This document shows, piece by piece, positions 18,367 to 27,461 of a stretch of DNA of 64,000 nt. The stretch's first letter is position 1. Each line of letters opens with the position of its first letter. A model generated the notes under the pieces. That model saw nothing but the letters and a program-made list of their open reading frames with translations, made no database searches and was not told where the DNA came from. This DNA comes from a virus (taxonomy: Duplodnaviria; Caudoviricetes). A program made the position numbers and the translations under genes. The stretch is from positions 536 to 64,535 of the IMG/VR virus record IMGVR_UViG_2744054908_000003; one strand, 5' to 3'.

Positions 18367-18396
18367 TAAATAGGCGGCCCACCCATGCGTTGCAAG
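18367..18396 (-). promoter_or_regulatory. RpoD/RpoH-type promoter of the cuckoo RNA (CTTGCAA-N17-TATTTA)
   Basis: Spacing puts the start at ~18360, the base of hairpin 1. Confidence 0.55.
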
Positions 18397-18424
18397 GATC
18401 GAATTCGCATAGCAGATATGCAGG

Positions 18425-18495
18425 AAAAAATAAAAAACCGCCCGGCAGCGGACGGTGCGCGCCTGGGCGGTCTAACTCCCTCCCAAGAGTGGCGC
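18425..18495 (-). ncRNA. Candidate ~70-nt sRNA with UUGGGAGG loop and intrinsic terminator
   Basis: TTGCGC-N16-TATATT promoter (18524-18497); ACTC-ttgggagg-GAGT hairpin; GC stem plus poly-U. Confidence 0.45.
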
Positions 18496-18680
18496 GAATA
18501 TACATAAACAATCGAAGCGCGCAACAGTTAAAAACAAGTATTAATTACACTAAAACGGTGTGATTAAGTTTTATCAAAATAAACCAATCCATTAACGGGA
18601 TGCGCCGCGAGGCGTGTTAACTTACCTTCCGCTGCTTTGGAGACCTACCAGAGCCAACCACCGAAACACGAGGAGCAACA

Positions 18681-19214
18681 ATGCAGAACAAAGCCGACAA
18701 CACGAAAGCACAGAACTATCTGGCATATGATGTTACCGTCCTGGAACGGGAATTCGCCGACTTGGTTGCGGCATACCCCGAACTGGCAGAAGACGACGAA
18801 CTGCGCGCCGACACAATCGAAGGCGAGACGGACGCCTACCGCGTGCTCGGCAAGATCGTAGCAATTGAGCGCGATGCAAACAGCATGGTACTGGCCATTG
18901 GCGAACGCGCCAGGGAATTGTCCGCGCGCAAAGATCGATACACGAGACGCAAGGACGCCATGCGAGCCTTGTTGTTGCGCCTGTTGAAGGCGGCCGACTT
19001 GAACAAGGTGAGCTTGCCGGAAGCAACTGTGTCGGTTGGCAAAGGACGCGCCGGGGTTGAGATTGTGGACGAAAGCCTGCTTCCTGACAACGTCGTGAAG
19101 ATGAAGCGCGAGCCCGACAAAACGGCGATAAAGGCGGCACTGGATGCTGGGAAGATCGTCAAGGGCGCCGTACTGCGCGAAGGTCAGCCGACGCTTACGG
19201 TGAGGGCTGCGTGA
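18681..19214 (+). CDS. Siphovirus Gp157 family protein
   Basis: DTIEGET, coiled coil, VEIVDESLLP...PDKTAIKAAL..G..V.GA. Confidence 0.85.
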   Translation: MQNKADNTKAQNYLAYDVTVLEREFADLVAAYPELAEDDELRADTIEGETDAYRVLGKIVAIERDANSMVLAIGERARELSARKDRYTRRKDAMRALLLRLLKAADLNKVSLPEATVSVGKGRAGVEIVDESLLPDNVVKMKREPDKTAIKAALDAGKIVKGAVLREGQPTLTVRAA

Positions 19215-19417
19215 GCTACGGCGACCAATTCATGAAATGTCCCGAATGCGGCGGCACGGCTGAGGCGGAATGCGTCGACGTTGGCGTCGGTCTGTACATC
19301 AGCAACGAATACGAATGCCCTTGCGGTTATAATTCGGCGGCTGATGGACGGATGAACGTGGGATGTTATGACGACTGGTTTCCCGACCTAACCGGCCCGA
19401 TTGCTGCCGTGCAGTAA
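19211..19417 (+). CDS. Small Zn-ribbon protein
   Basis: CPECG...VDVGVG...CPCG. Confidence 0.7.
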   Translation: MSYGDQFMKCPECGGTAEAECVDVGVGLYISNEYECPCGYNSAADGRMNVGCYDDWFPDLTGPIAAVQ

Positions 19418-19497
19418 GGCGGCGCACCCAGCCTATAACCAACACCCCGCCAGCCACCAACTGGCGGGTTACCACCACGAAACACGAGGAGATGAGG

Positions 19498-20295
19498 ATG
19501 CGCATTGAACGCATTGGCGACGCCGTTCTTTACAACGGCGACTGTCTCGAAGTCATGGCCAGCCTTGAAAAGGTGGACCATGTGATCGGCGATCCGCCTT
19601 ATGAGAAAGAAGCTCACAGATCGATGCGGCGAACGCAGAAATCGATCAAGACTGGCGCCAATGCCGACCTAGATTTCGCTGCCATAACAGAAAGCCTTCG
19701 AGACCATGTTTCGATAGCTGCGCACCGACTATCGCGCGGGTGGATACTCTTCTTCTGTCAGGCGGAAGCAGTCGGAATCTGGCGCGACAGTCTCGAAGCT
19801 GCTGGCAGTAAGTACAAACGGTCCATGATTTGGGTGAAGCCAGACAGTACACCGCAGCTAAACGGACAAATGCCGGCAATGGGATATGAATCCATGCCGT
19901 TGTCTTGGTCTGGCGAAGGACACAGCCGCTGGAACGCCGGTGGAAAGCGCGGAGTCTACACTCACCTTACAAATCAGCGCGACCGTGACGGGAGACATCC
20001 GACCGAGAAACCGATCCCGTTGATGACAGAGCTTCTGGCTGATTTTACCAGCCAGGGGCAGACGATCCTCGATCCATTTATGGGTTCGGGAACCACTGGT
20101 GTTGCCTGCGCACGTTTGGGCCGTAGATTCATTGGCATTGAACTCGATCCAAAGTATTTCGACGTTGCATGTGAGCGCATAGAAAAGGCTTATGCGCAAG
20201 GCGACATGTTTGTTGAGGCGCCACGGAAAGTTCCTAAGTCGGCCGATTTGTTTGCCGCCAACGACAACAATGCGGAGGCTGCAAATGCAGCCTGA
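19498..20295 (+). CDS. N6-adenine/N4-cytosine DNA methyltransferase (beta class)
   Basis: DPPY, HPTEKP, DPFMGSGTT; ends AANDNNAEAANAA. Confidence 0.93.
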   Translation: MRIERIGDAVLYNGDCLEVMASLEKVDHVIGDPPYEKEAHRSMRRTQKSIKTGANADLDFAAITESLRDHVSIAAHRLSRGWILFFCQAEAVGIWRDSLEAAGSKYKRSMIWVKPDSTPQLNGQMPAMGYESMPLSWSGEGHSRWNAGGKRGVYTHLTNQRDRDGRHPTEKPIPLMTELLADFTSQGQTILDPFMGSGTTGVACARLGRRFIGIELDPKYFDVACERIEKAYAQGDMFVEAPRKVPKSADLFAANDNNAEAANAA

Positions 20296-20605
20296 CGCCG
20301 ACATCTGCCACGTCTGCGCCCGCCACGCCGTAGGCCTCGGCGTGCAAGCTGACCGCGAGCCGATCCGCTGGCTGTGCAAGGAATGCGCCGACATTGCCGA
20401 GCATATCCGGCATCGGCGGCGATTGGACCCTTACGAACTGCGCGCGCTTGATACCGGCGTTGAGGCGGTCGGTGAATACTTGCAGTCCATCCAAAAGACC
20501 GACCTTAAGGAAATGGACGAACTGGAAGCGCGCATGCTGGTGAAAGCCGCGTGGGAAGGGTGCGGGCGAGGGATGCGGGAAGCGTTGAAGGAGGCGCCGT
20601 TCTAA
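20285..20605 (+). CDS. Hypothetical Zn-binding phage protein
   Basis: CHVC...CKEC; GGAGG SD; ends EAPF. Confidence 0.7.
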   Translation: MQPDADICHVCARHAVGLGVQADREPIRWLCKECADIAEHIRHRRRLDPYELRALDTGVEAVGEYLQSIQKTDLKEMDELEARMLVKAAWEGCGRGMREALKEAPF

Positions 20606-21450
20606 GTTCCGTTCGGCGGCTCGATCGATGGCATCTTCTTGAGTAACGTATCGTTGTATGTGGAGCCACCTTGGCCGTGATGAACTTTGCGATGGCAAGT
20701 AGGGCACAACGCAATCACGAATGCGGGATCATCAGGGCCGCCGTCGCTCACTCGACGGATGTGATGAGGTTCCAGGTAAGGTTGCCCGTTGACTCGCAGA
20801 AAAGGCGCTTGGCAGCCGCAACCCTCGCAATAACCGTTAGCCCGAGCAAGCACGTAATCTCTAACATGTCGGCTTCGCTCATAGATGGTACGAGTTGACG
20901 CTTTGCCCTCGCGGCTTCCCGCTGCTTGTCGAGCAAGACCTCGCATAGCTGCTAAATCGACAGCGGGAACGGGCTGTTCATCGTCGACGGCTTCAACAAT
21001 GTTCTCGAGGTTTCTAAGTTCGAAGATAATGGCTTTGCGCATATCATCGTTGCGATCAGGCGACTGTCCCCATCGCCAACTCTCGCAGATAAAGCTGCCC
21101 AGGAAGATAAGATCTTTGCCTTTCCCGAGGCTTTCAAAAAGGAGTAGATCCTTGCCCAACATAGCATGGTCGCGAATTGCTTTATTGCCGCGGACCATTT
21201 CCATGTCGCCGACTTGACCTTCACCATAATAGTCAAAACGTCCATCGGGCAGGTGTTGGTCTTCATAGCCGTAATGACTGCCAGCCTTGCCGGTGATGAT
21301 AATTACAACGTTATGGTTGGACGGAGTAACGATGCCACCCTGTTGCTGGCCAGCAAACTGACCATGAATGTCGTTTCGCCTGTTATAGTGTCTGCCAACG
21401 ACAAAGCCCCAAGTCATGCTTACCCCGCGTTTAAAGTCAGGGTTAAGCAC
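20602..21450 (-). CDS. SRA-like + HNH endonuclease (McrA-like type IV restriction candidate)
   Basis: GQQQGGI...YGYED...YYGEGQVGDM...GNKAI then CEGC, LEPHHI, LCPTCH. Confidence 0.8.
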   Translation of the reverse strand: MLNPDFKRGVSMTWGFVVGRHYNRRNDIHGQFAGQQQGGIVTPSNHNVVIIITGKAGSHYGYEDQHLPDGRFDYYGEGQVGDMEMVRGNKAIRDHAMLGKDLLLFESLGKGKDLIFLGSFICESWRWGQSPDRNDDMRKAIIFELRNLENIVEAVDDEQPVPAVDLAAMRGLARQAAGSREGKASTRTIYERSRHVRDYVLARANGYCEGCGCQAPFLRVNGQPYLEPHHIRRVSDGGPDDPAFVIALCPTCHRKVHHGQGGSTYNDTLLKKMPSIEPPNGT

Positions 21451-21506
21451 TACAAAAACAACCAGCGGTTTTCCAGTTTAAATCGCAGGAGCTTAGGCGG
21501 TCATCC

Positions 21507-21704
21507 CTACATCAGCCGGCCGTCTCGCAACTGTTGTTCGCGCTCATGTTCGACGCGATCGAGTATCGCAAAAGCTTGCTGCGCAACGTCTTCCGTCAAC
21601 GCAATTTGTAGTCGGCCTTTGAATGTTATCGGCCGCCGCGTGGACTTCGCCACAATGGACCACGTGCCATCACCGCTCTGCAGCATATCGTAGTCTTTAC
21701 ACAT
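21507..21704 (-). CDS. Small hypothetical protein, paralog of 53355-53555
   Basis: GGGAGG SD; YDM..SGDGTW / FDMRRESNMTW similarity. Confidence 0.55.
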   Translation of the reverse strand: MCKDYDMLQSGDGTWSIVAKSTRRPITFKGRLQIALTEDVAQQAFAILDRVEHEREQQLRDGRLM

Positions 21705-21726
21705 CTCTTTCCCTCCCGAGGTAATC

Positions 21727-23892
21727 ATGCAGCAATCTGTATTACCGGATACCGACCCCATGCTCGACGTTGCGCTATCCTACCCAGCGCGCAACTGGCC
21801 TGTATTTCCATGCCGTGCCGCCGATGAGGAATTCGTCGACGAGGACGGCCTTATCGAAATCCTCGCGACTAAAACTCCGCTGACCTCAAACGGGTTCCGC
21901 GGTGCGACGCTGAATGAGCGCATCGTGCGTGAACTCTGGCGCCGCAATCCCGGTGCAATGATTGGCGTGCCCACCGGTGCGCCTATTGGTGCATGGGTGC
22001 TGGATATCGACCCGAAGCATGGCGGGCCTGATACGCTTGCCGCATTGGAAGCCGAGCATGGCGCTCTGCCTGTCACGCTTACTGCAGAAACCACGAGCGG
22101 CGGCCGTCATTACTTCTTCAAGCACAAGGCTGGCGTCCGCAATCGCGGAGCATTGGGCGCTGGCATCGATGTTCGCGGCGACGGTGGCTATGTCATTGCG
22201 GCTGGCAGTGTCCCTGCTGTAGGCCAGCCTTACCGTTGGCTGGTCGATATGGAACCAGTTGACGCGCCGGACTGGCTGCTGGAGCTTGTCCTGCCGCGAT
22301 CTTACGACAGTACGACCATGTACCAGGCACCGTCGGTATCCGGCACGATTAACGACCGATACGTCGAGCGCGCGGTACAGTCCGAGCTCGACGACCTTGC
22401 CATGGAACCGATGGGCAACCGCAACAACCGGCTGAACGACGCTGCGTTCCGGATGGGAACGTTCGTCGGTGCTGGCGCCTTGTCGGAATCCGAAGCGCGG
22501 GCCTTGCTACAGGACGTGGCCCGCGGCTGGGGTAGGGATTTCCCCCGCTGCTGCAAGACGATCGATAACGGGCTGAAGGCTGGCAAGATGCACCCGCGTC
22601 AGGCACCGGAAGCCGTCAACGACAACACCAAGCTGGTGGACATCACGCGCATGCTCGACAATGCGCGGGCGAAGGTGGACGAGCAGCGGGAGCCCGAAGC
22701 GCACAACGACGTACCAGAGGCGCCGCCCATCGAAGAAGAGCTCACCGACCAACCCATCCTCGCAGCTACGCCATTCCAGTGGAAAGACCCGTCGACACTG
22801 CCACGCCGCGAATTCGCTTTCGGCCGGCATTTCATCCGCAAGTATGTCTCAGTCACTGTTGCACCGGGCGGCCTTGGCAAAACCGCAAACAGTATTGTGG
22901 AAGCGCTGGCAATGGCTTCGGGCAAAGCCTTGAACGGCGTCAAGCCGCCCCGCCGTCTTAAGGTCTGGCTGTTCAATGTCGAAGATCCGCGCGACGAGTT
23001 GGAGCGGCGCATCATGGCGGCGTGCATCCACTTCAATCTCAAGCCTGAAGATATTGATGGACACCTGTTCCTCGACAGCGGCCGAGAGCAGGAACTGGTC
23101 GTTGCTATCGACGACAAGAAGGGAGTCAAAATCCAAGAGCCGATCGTCGAGGCTGTTGCCGAAACCATCCTTGCCAATGGCATTGACGTAATGATCGTCG
23201 ATCCATTTGTGTCGACGCACCAGGTCAATGAAAACGACAACGGCGCAATCGACAAGGTCGCGAAGCTCTGGGCGCAGATCGCGGATTACACGAACTGCTC
23301 CATCGACATCGTGCACCACCTACGCAAGGTCAGCGATCGCGAGGCTACCGTCGAAGATGCTCGCGGCGCGGTGGCGCTGATCGGCGCAGCGCGTTCAGTG
23401 CGCGTGCTTAACCGCATGTCAGAAGCGCAAGCCAATGAGGCGGGCATTCCCGGTATGGAACGGTTCGGCTACTTCTCGATCACCTATGGCAAGTCGAACC
23501 TTACACCGCTGTCACACCGGTTGGACTGGCGGCATATCGAAAGCGTGGCGCTTGGTAACGGGCGCGGCCTGACCCAGCCCCAGGACCACGCTCCGGTCGT
23601 GACGGAATGGCATTGGCCGTCCAGCGAGGAAGTTGCCGAAGGGCTGACTGATGACCAGAAAGACGCAATCCGTGGTGCTGTAAATGGTGGCATGTACAAG
23701 CAGGCGCCGCAAGCCAAGGATTGGGTTGGGCACGCCGTGGCTTATGCGCTTGGGCTAGATATTGACGACGAGGTGCAAAAGAAGCGGGCCAACCTTATTA
23801 CCAAGGCACTATTCAAGGAAGGTTTCCTGGCGAAGGTCGAGGAGCGCGATCCAGTGCAGCGGAAAACGATGTCGTTTGTCAGGGCGGTTTGA
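21727..23892 (+). CDS. Bifunctional primase-polymerase fused to AAA_25 (RepA-like) helicase
   Basis: WPVFPC, VLDIDPK, TTSGGRHYFF, DVRGDGGYV; APGGLGKT, IVHH. Confidence 0.92.
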   Translation: MQQSVLPDTDPMLDVALSYPARNWPVFPCRAADEEFVDEDGLIEILATKTPLTSNGFRGATLNERIVRELWRRNPGAMIGVPTGAPIGAWVLDIDPKHGGPDTLAALEAEHGALPVTLTAETTSGGRHYFFKHKAGVRNRGALGAGIDVRGDGGYVIAAGSVPAVGQPYRWLVDMEPVDAPDWLLELVLPRSYDSTTMYQAPSVSGTINDRYVERAVQSELDDLAMEPMGNRNNRLNDAAFRMGTFVGAGALSESEARALLQDVARGWGRDFPRCCKTIDNGLKAGKMHPRQAPEAVNDNTKLVDITRMLDNARAKVDEQREPEAHNDVPEAPPIEEELTDQPILAATPFQWKDPSTLPRREFAFGRHFIRKYVSVTVAPGGLGKTANSIVEALAMASGKALNGVKPPRRLKVWLFNVEDPRDELERRIMAACIHFNLKPEDIDGHLFLDSGREQELVVAIDDKKGVKIQEPIVEAVAETILANGIDVMIVDPFVSTHQVNENDNGAIDKVAKLWAQIADYTNCSIDIVHHLRKVSDREATVEDARGAVALIGAARSVRVLNRMSEAQANEAGIPGMERFGYFSITYGKSNLTPLSHRLDWRHIESVALGNGRGLTQPQDHAPVVTEWHWPSSEEVAEGLTDDQKDAIRGAVNGGMYKQAPQAKDWVGHAVAYALGLDIDDEVQKKRANLITKALFKEGFLAKVEERDPVQRKTMSFVRAV

Positions 23893-23997
23893 TTCAACTG
23901 ATGCCAGTAGAACTTTGCCGCTCGCATTTGCGTACCCTATCTCATAAGATTAGGCGGTGCCGCCTACGAATCTTCCTCGATCAAATTGGAATACACT

Positions 23998-25083
23998 ATG
24001 GACAGTGCGGTGCCCTTCCTGCATGCGCGTGGTCAGTCGGCTGATGAAATTCGGCTGTTGGATTGGAGCCGGAACCCCATAGGGGTGCCAGCGAGTTGGC
24101 CGGCGCACTTGGTCACTGCAGTACAGATGATGTTGGCTTCGCATTTTCCCAAAGCAATCATTTGGGGGGCGGAGTTTACGACGATTTATAACGACGCTTT
24201 CCGACCAATTCTCGGTGAAAAAGAGAACTGCATGGGGGCTTCGTTTCGCGATATCTGGTCGGAGGCGTGGGATGATTTGCTGCCCATGGTTCAGAAAGCC
24301 TACGCTGGCGAGGCGACGTTTATCGAAGACTTTCCACTTGTGATCGATCGACACGGATATGATGAGCAATGCTATTTTACATTCTGCTACAGCCCGATCT
24401 TTGATGAACAGGGTCGGGTCGGCGGGATGATCGACACGGTCATTGAGACCACGCAAAAAGTGGAAGCCGAAAAGCACGCCCGGATTCTGAATACCGAACT
24501 CGCTCACCGCATCAAGAATACCTTCAGCGTGGTGTCCGCTATTGCGAGCCAGACATTCAACAACAATGCCGATGAAGAGGTCATCAATACCTTCATAAAG
24601 CGGCTTTCTGCGTTGGGGAACGCGCATGATGTACTGAGGCTCGGCAAAAGCTCGGAAGGCTCGTTGCGTCAGATCGTATCTGGAGTAACAACTGCGCTTG
24701 CTGTAGATGATCGCGTTCACATGGTTGGGCCAGATGTATCGGTAGGCCCGAAGGGCGCATCGACCATTTCGCTATTGGTTCACGAATTGACAACAAACGC
24801 GATTAAGTACGGTGCGCTTTCTAATCCTACGGGGCAAGTGCGACTGGATGTTGCAATATCCAAAAGGCAGGTTGAGCCGGTTTTCTCAATGAATTGGATC
24901 GAAATCGGAGGACCGCCGGTAGCTCCACCGACAAAGACAGGTTTTGGCTCCAAACTCATAAGAATGGGGCTTCTTGGTTCGGGGGAAGTTAGGTCCGAAT
25001 ACAGACCTGAAGGCTTTAACGCAGAGTTTACCGCACCGCTGCTGCGGATCCAGGGCGAGGGGCGCTTGTTTGACTCAACATGA
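23998..25083 (+). CDS. PAS-domain HWE-family sensor histidine kinase (moron)
   Basis: ELAHRIKN H-box, HELTTNAIKYGAL, WIEIGGP, GFGS. Confidence 0.92.
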   Translation: MDSAVPFLHARGQSADEIRLLDWSRNPIGVPASWPAHLVTAVQMMLASHFPKAIIWGAEFTTIYNDAFRPILGEKENCMGASFRDIWSEAWDDLLPMVQKAYAGEATFIEDFPLVIDRHGYDEQCYFTFCYSPIFDEQGRVGGMIDTVIETTQKVEAEKHARILNTELAHRIKNTFSVVSAIASQTFNNNADEEVINTFIKRLSALGNAHDVLRLGKSSEGSLRQIVSGVTTALAVDDRVHMVGPDVSVGPKGASTISLLVHELTTNAIKYGALSNPTGQVRLDVAISKRQVEPVFSMNWIEIGGPPVAPPTKTGFGSKLIRMGLLGSGEVRSEYRPEGFNAEFTAPLLRIQGEGRLFDST

Positions 25084-25106
25084 TATCGGCCGGTAATTGA
25101 ATCGAG

Positions 25107-25134
25107 AAGGCGGGGCTTAGGCTCCGCTTTTTTG
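25107..25134 (+). terminator. Intrinsic terminator between kinase and KAP gene
   Basis: gcggggc-ttag-gctccgc followed by tttttt. Confidence 0.6.
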
Positions 25135-26535
25135 TTAGGTGAAGTTTCCAGCGGATTGGATTAGGGTTGGAATGCCGAGCTGGACAGATTCTCCGTTCCA
25201 TGCGGCCTCCTCTGCTTCGTCGTTCAATGAACGTAGAACATATGTAGAAGTGACATCGATGACATGATGTTCATTTCTCCTTATCTCGAGTACGCCAGAT
25301 AACGACCTGTAGTGCCTTGATAGAGATGTAAAGCATGCTTTTACACCTAGCGGAATATTGCCGTGACCACGGTTGAATCCAACATCAATACTGAAACCCG
25401 GTGGAATTGACTTCTCTGTCTCGGCCCAATCACATTCACCAGTTCTCATGTATTGTATAATCAATGGAGCAAGTGTAACAAGTTCTATACGATATTCCCG
25501 GTTCCATAATATGCTGACAGTTTCAATAATATCCATAAATTGTTGTATTTCGCGCAAGTCCATCTTGTATTGCCGGCAAGTTGATCTAATGAATTCATCT
25601 TTTCGGTCTCGTGGTGCGTGAAAAACATCTAAATTAATACGTTGTATCAGTGCTGCAGCGAAATCGTCTTGTTCTGGCGCGGGTAGTGAGTAGGTACGTT
25701 CAAAGAATCTCTTTAGATACCTATAGCCATCAAACGACGGGCCATATGCTCCGGTAATAGCATGCTGCAATTGACTATTATTGGTAGCGAAAATAAAGCA
25801 AATATTTGATGCATCGAAAAGGTGCTTTACTCTTTCTAGAAGAGACACAGCATAAGACGGCCTGCAACGGTCTAATTCATCGATTAGGATGTAAAGTGGG
25901 AGTGTTGCTCTGCCGTCGAGAAGTTGAATGGCTTTCTCCAAATTGGATCGAAAGTCAGAAATGGCTTGGTTTTGTTCATTAAACTCGGCAATAATCTTTT
26001 CCGTAAACCCATCTGCAAGTTTGTCTATTCCAGCTATGCCGGCCTCTACTGCTTGATTAGCGGCAGCGTTGATGTCGGCATTTTGAATTGTGTCGTCGAT
26101 GATAGTTTTTAGTTCTTCGCCTACGTATTTCTTGAAAAGAGTTTTGCCAATGCCAGCGGCCGTTTTAATGGCTATTGGCGCCGCGACATTCTTAGCTGTG
26201 TCCCACGCCGATGCCACGTTGCCCTTTTTGTCGAGGTATGGGGCAATGACCTGATCAATCGCTGCTAACACGGCAACAAAAGGGTCATCAGTGTAATCGT
26301 CCTTCCAAGCGTTTATTTGCACCACAGCGTGCCCGGAAAGACTGAGTTGCTGAGCAAAACGGTCAAGAAAGAACGATTTTCCTAACCCCCATTCCGCGTC
26401 GATGTTCAAGACATACGAACCGCCATTTTCTTTTGCCTTCCGAAGCGTACGCTCGGTAAGGAATTTTTGCAAAAAGGCCGCGTGCGGCTCACGGTTGAGT
26501 TGATCGCCTTCCCAAATATTCCGTTTTCCCCGCAT
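25135..26535 (-). CDS. KAP-family P-loop NTPase (candidate phage exclusion, moron)
   Basis: LNIDAEWGLGKS, INAW..D, IDELDRCRP, YLKRFF; AT-rich. Confidence 0.9.
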   Translation of the reverse strand: MRGKRNIWEGDQLNREPHAAFLQKFLTERTLRKAKENGGSYVLNIDAEWGLGKSFFLDRFAQQLSLSGHAVVQINAWKDDYTDDPFVAVLAAIDQVIAPYLDKKGNVASAWDTAKNVAAPIAIKTAAGIGKTLFKKYVGEELKTIIDDTIQNADINAAANQAVEAGIAGIDKLADGFTEKIIAEFNEQNQAISDFRSNLEKAIQLLDGRATLPLYILIDELDRCRPSYAVSLLERVKHLFDASNICFIFATNNSQLQHAITGAYGPSFDGYRYLKRFFERTYSLPAPEQDDFAAALIQRINLDVFHAPRDRKDEFIRSTCRQYKMDLREIQQFMDIIETVSILWNREYRIELVTLAPLIIQYMRTGECDWAETEKSIPPGFSIDVGFNRGHGNIPLGVKACFTSLSRHYRSLSGVLEIRRNEHHVIDVTSTYVLRSLNDEAEEAAWNGESVQLGIPTLIQSAGNFT

Positions 26536-26655
26536 CTATCTTAATTCTCCGTCAGAAAAATCATTGTGTAAGTGAACTTGGATTTGGTTGATTCCACAAC
26601 AACTTTCTGCGGTGTCTACAACCCGCTGTCACAATTAAAATACAACTTCTAATAA

Positions 26656-26798
26656 TGCGCACTTCTTTGTGCGCACTTCTCGAAAAACCCTAAAAGAAGT
26701 TCGCAAATGCACGCTGCTTTTGGTGCGTAAGAGTTCTTATATAGAAACTTACGCACAAAGCGCGCGGCGCGCAGTTCTCGAAATTTGAGAAGTGCGCA
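26656..26798. repeat. Cluster of TGCGCACTTCT-like direct and inverted repeats around an AT-rich palindrome (candidate origin)
   Basis: Copies at 26656, 26670, 26695(rc), 26768, 26788(rc); GTGCGTAAG...CTTACGCAC at 26723-26756. Confidence 0.6.
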
Positions 26799-26870
26799 CT
26801 TTTCCTGTTTTTGACCAATTCCAAAATACAACCTGATTTGAGGTTGGCCCAAAATATTCGCCGCGCTGCG

Positions 26871-26905
26871 TCAGCCATTAACACCACATTTATCGAGGCA
26901 TTCCA
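26871..26905 (+). repeat. 35-bp direct repeat, copy 1 (copy 2 at 57646-57680)
   Basis: TCAGCCATTAACACCACATTTATCGAG(G/A)CATTCCA, one mismatch. Confidence 0.9.
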
Positions 26906-26957
26906 CACTCCTCTTGCCGCTACCAACGGCATACCGCAATTAACACGAGGAGCTCAC

Positions 26958-27461
26958 ATGGCACGCAACCGCACGCGCGCGCCTTCATCTACGACCGCCA
27001 CCACGACACAGATCACACGCATCAACGGCGCCCGCGTCAAGATCACCACCAAGGCCGGGAAGGTGACGACCAAGCCAGCCTTGCCGCTCGAATGGGAATT
27101 ACAGGCCGCACAGGTTTCCGCACTTCGCCGATTGCCACAGTACCAACGCGAGTTCTTGCTGGCAGGTGACATGAACGCCAGCAAGCGAGGCCCAACGGCA
27201 CAGGCCCAAGCAATTGCGACGGGAATGACTAGCGGCGAGCCAGACCTACGCATCTATGGCGAATACGGGCGTCTGCTGATGATCGAGAACAAGGTCGGGC
27301 AGGGAAGACTGTCGCCGGCCCAGAAAGACCGCCACGCTGCCCTACAGCGGCTTGGCTACACGGTTCTGGTCATTCGGGCTACCAAAACGACCGAAGCTGC
27401 TGAGAAGGCCGTTACGGCGGTTCTGGGGTGGCTTGCACAAGAGAAGGGGAAAGCAGCATGA
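26958..27461 (+). CDS. VRR-NUC domain nuclease
   Basis: E..LQ, GMTSGEPDL, IENKV..GRLSPAQ. Confidence 0.88.
   Translation: MARNRTRAPSSTTATTTQITRINGARVKITTKAGKVTTKPALPLEWELQAAQVSALRRLPQYQREFLLAGDMNASKRGPTAQAQAIATGMTSGEPDLRIYGEYGRLLMIENKVGQGRLSPAQKDRHAALQRLGYTVLVIRATKTTEAAEKAVTAVLGWLAQEKGKAA

Noticed and set aside
18528-18544. CtrA box
   Set aside because: TTAA half-sites are 9 nt apart, not 7
19498-21450. MTase + HNH as a type II restriction-modification pair
   Set aside because: Opposite strands with a gene between; the nuclease looks modification-dependent and the MTase belongs to the lytic operon
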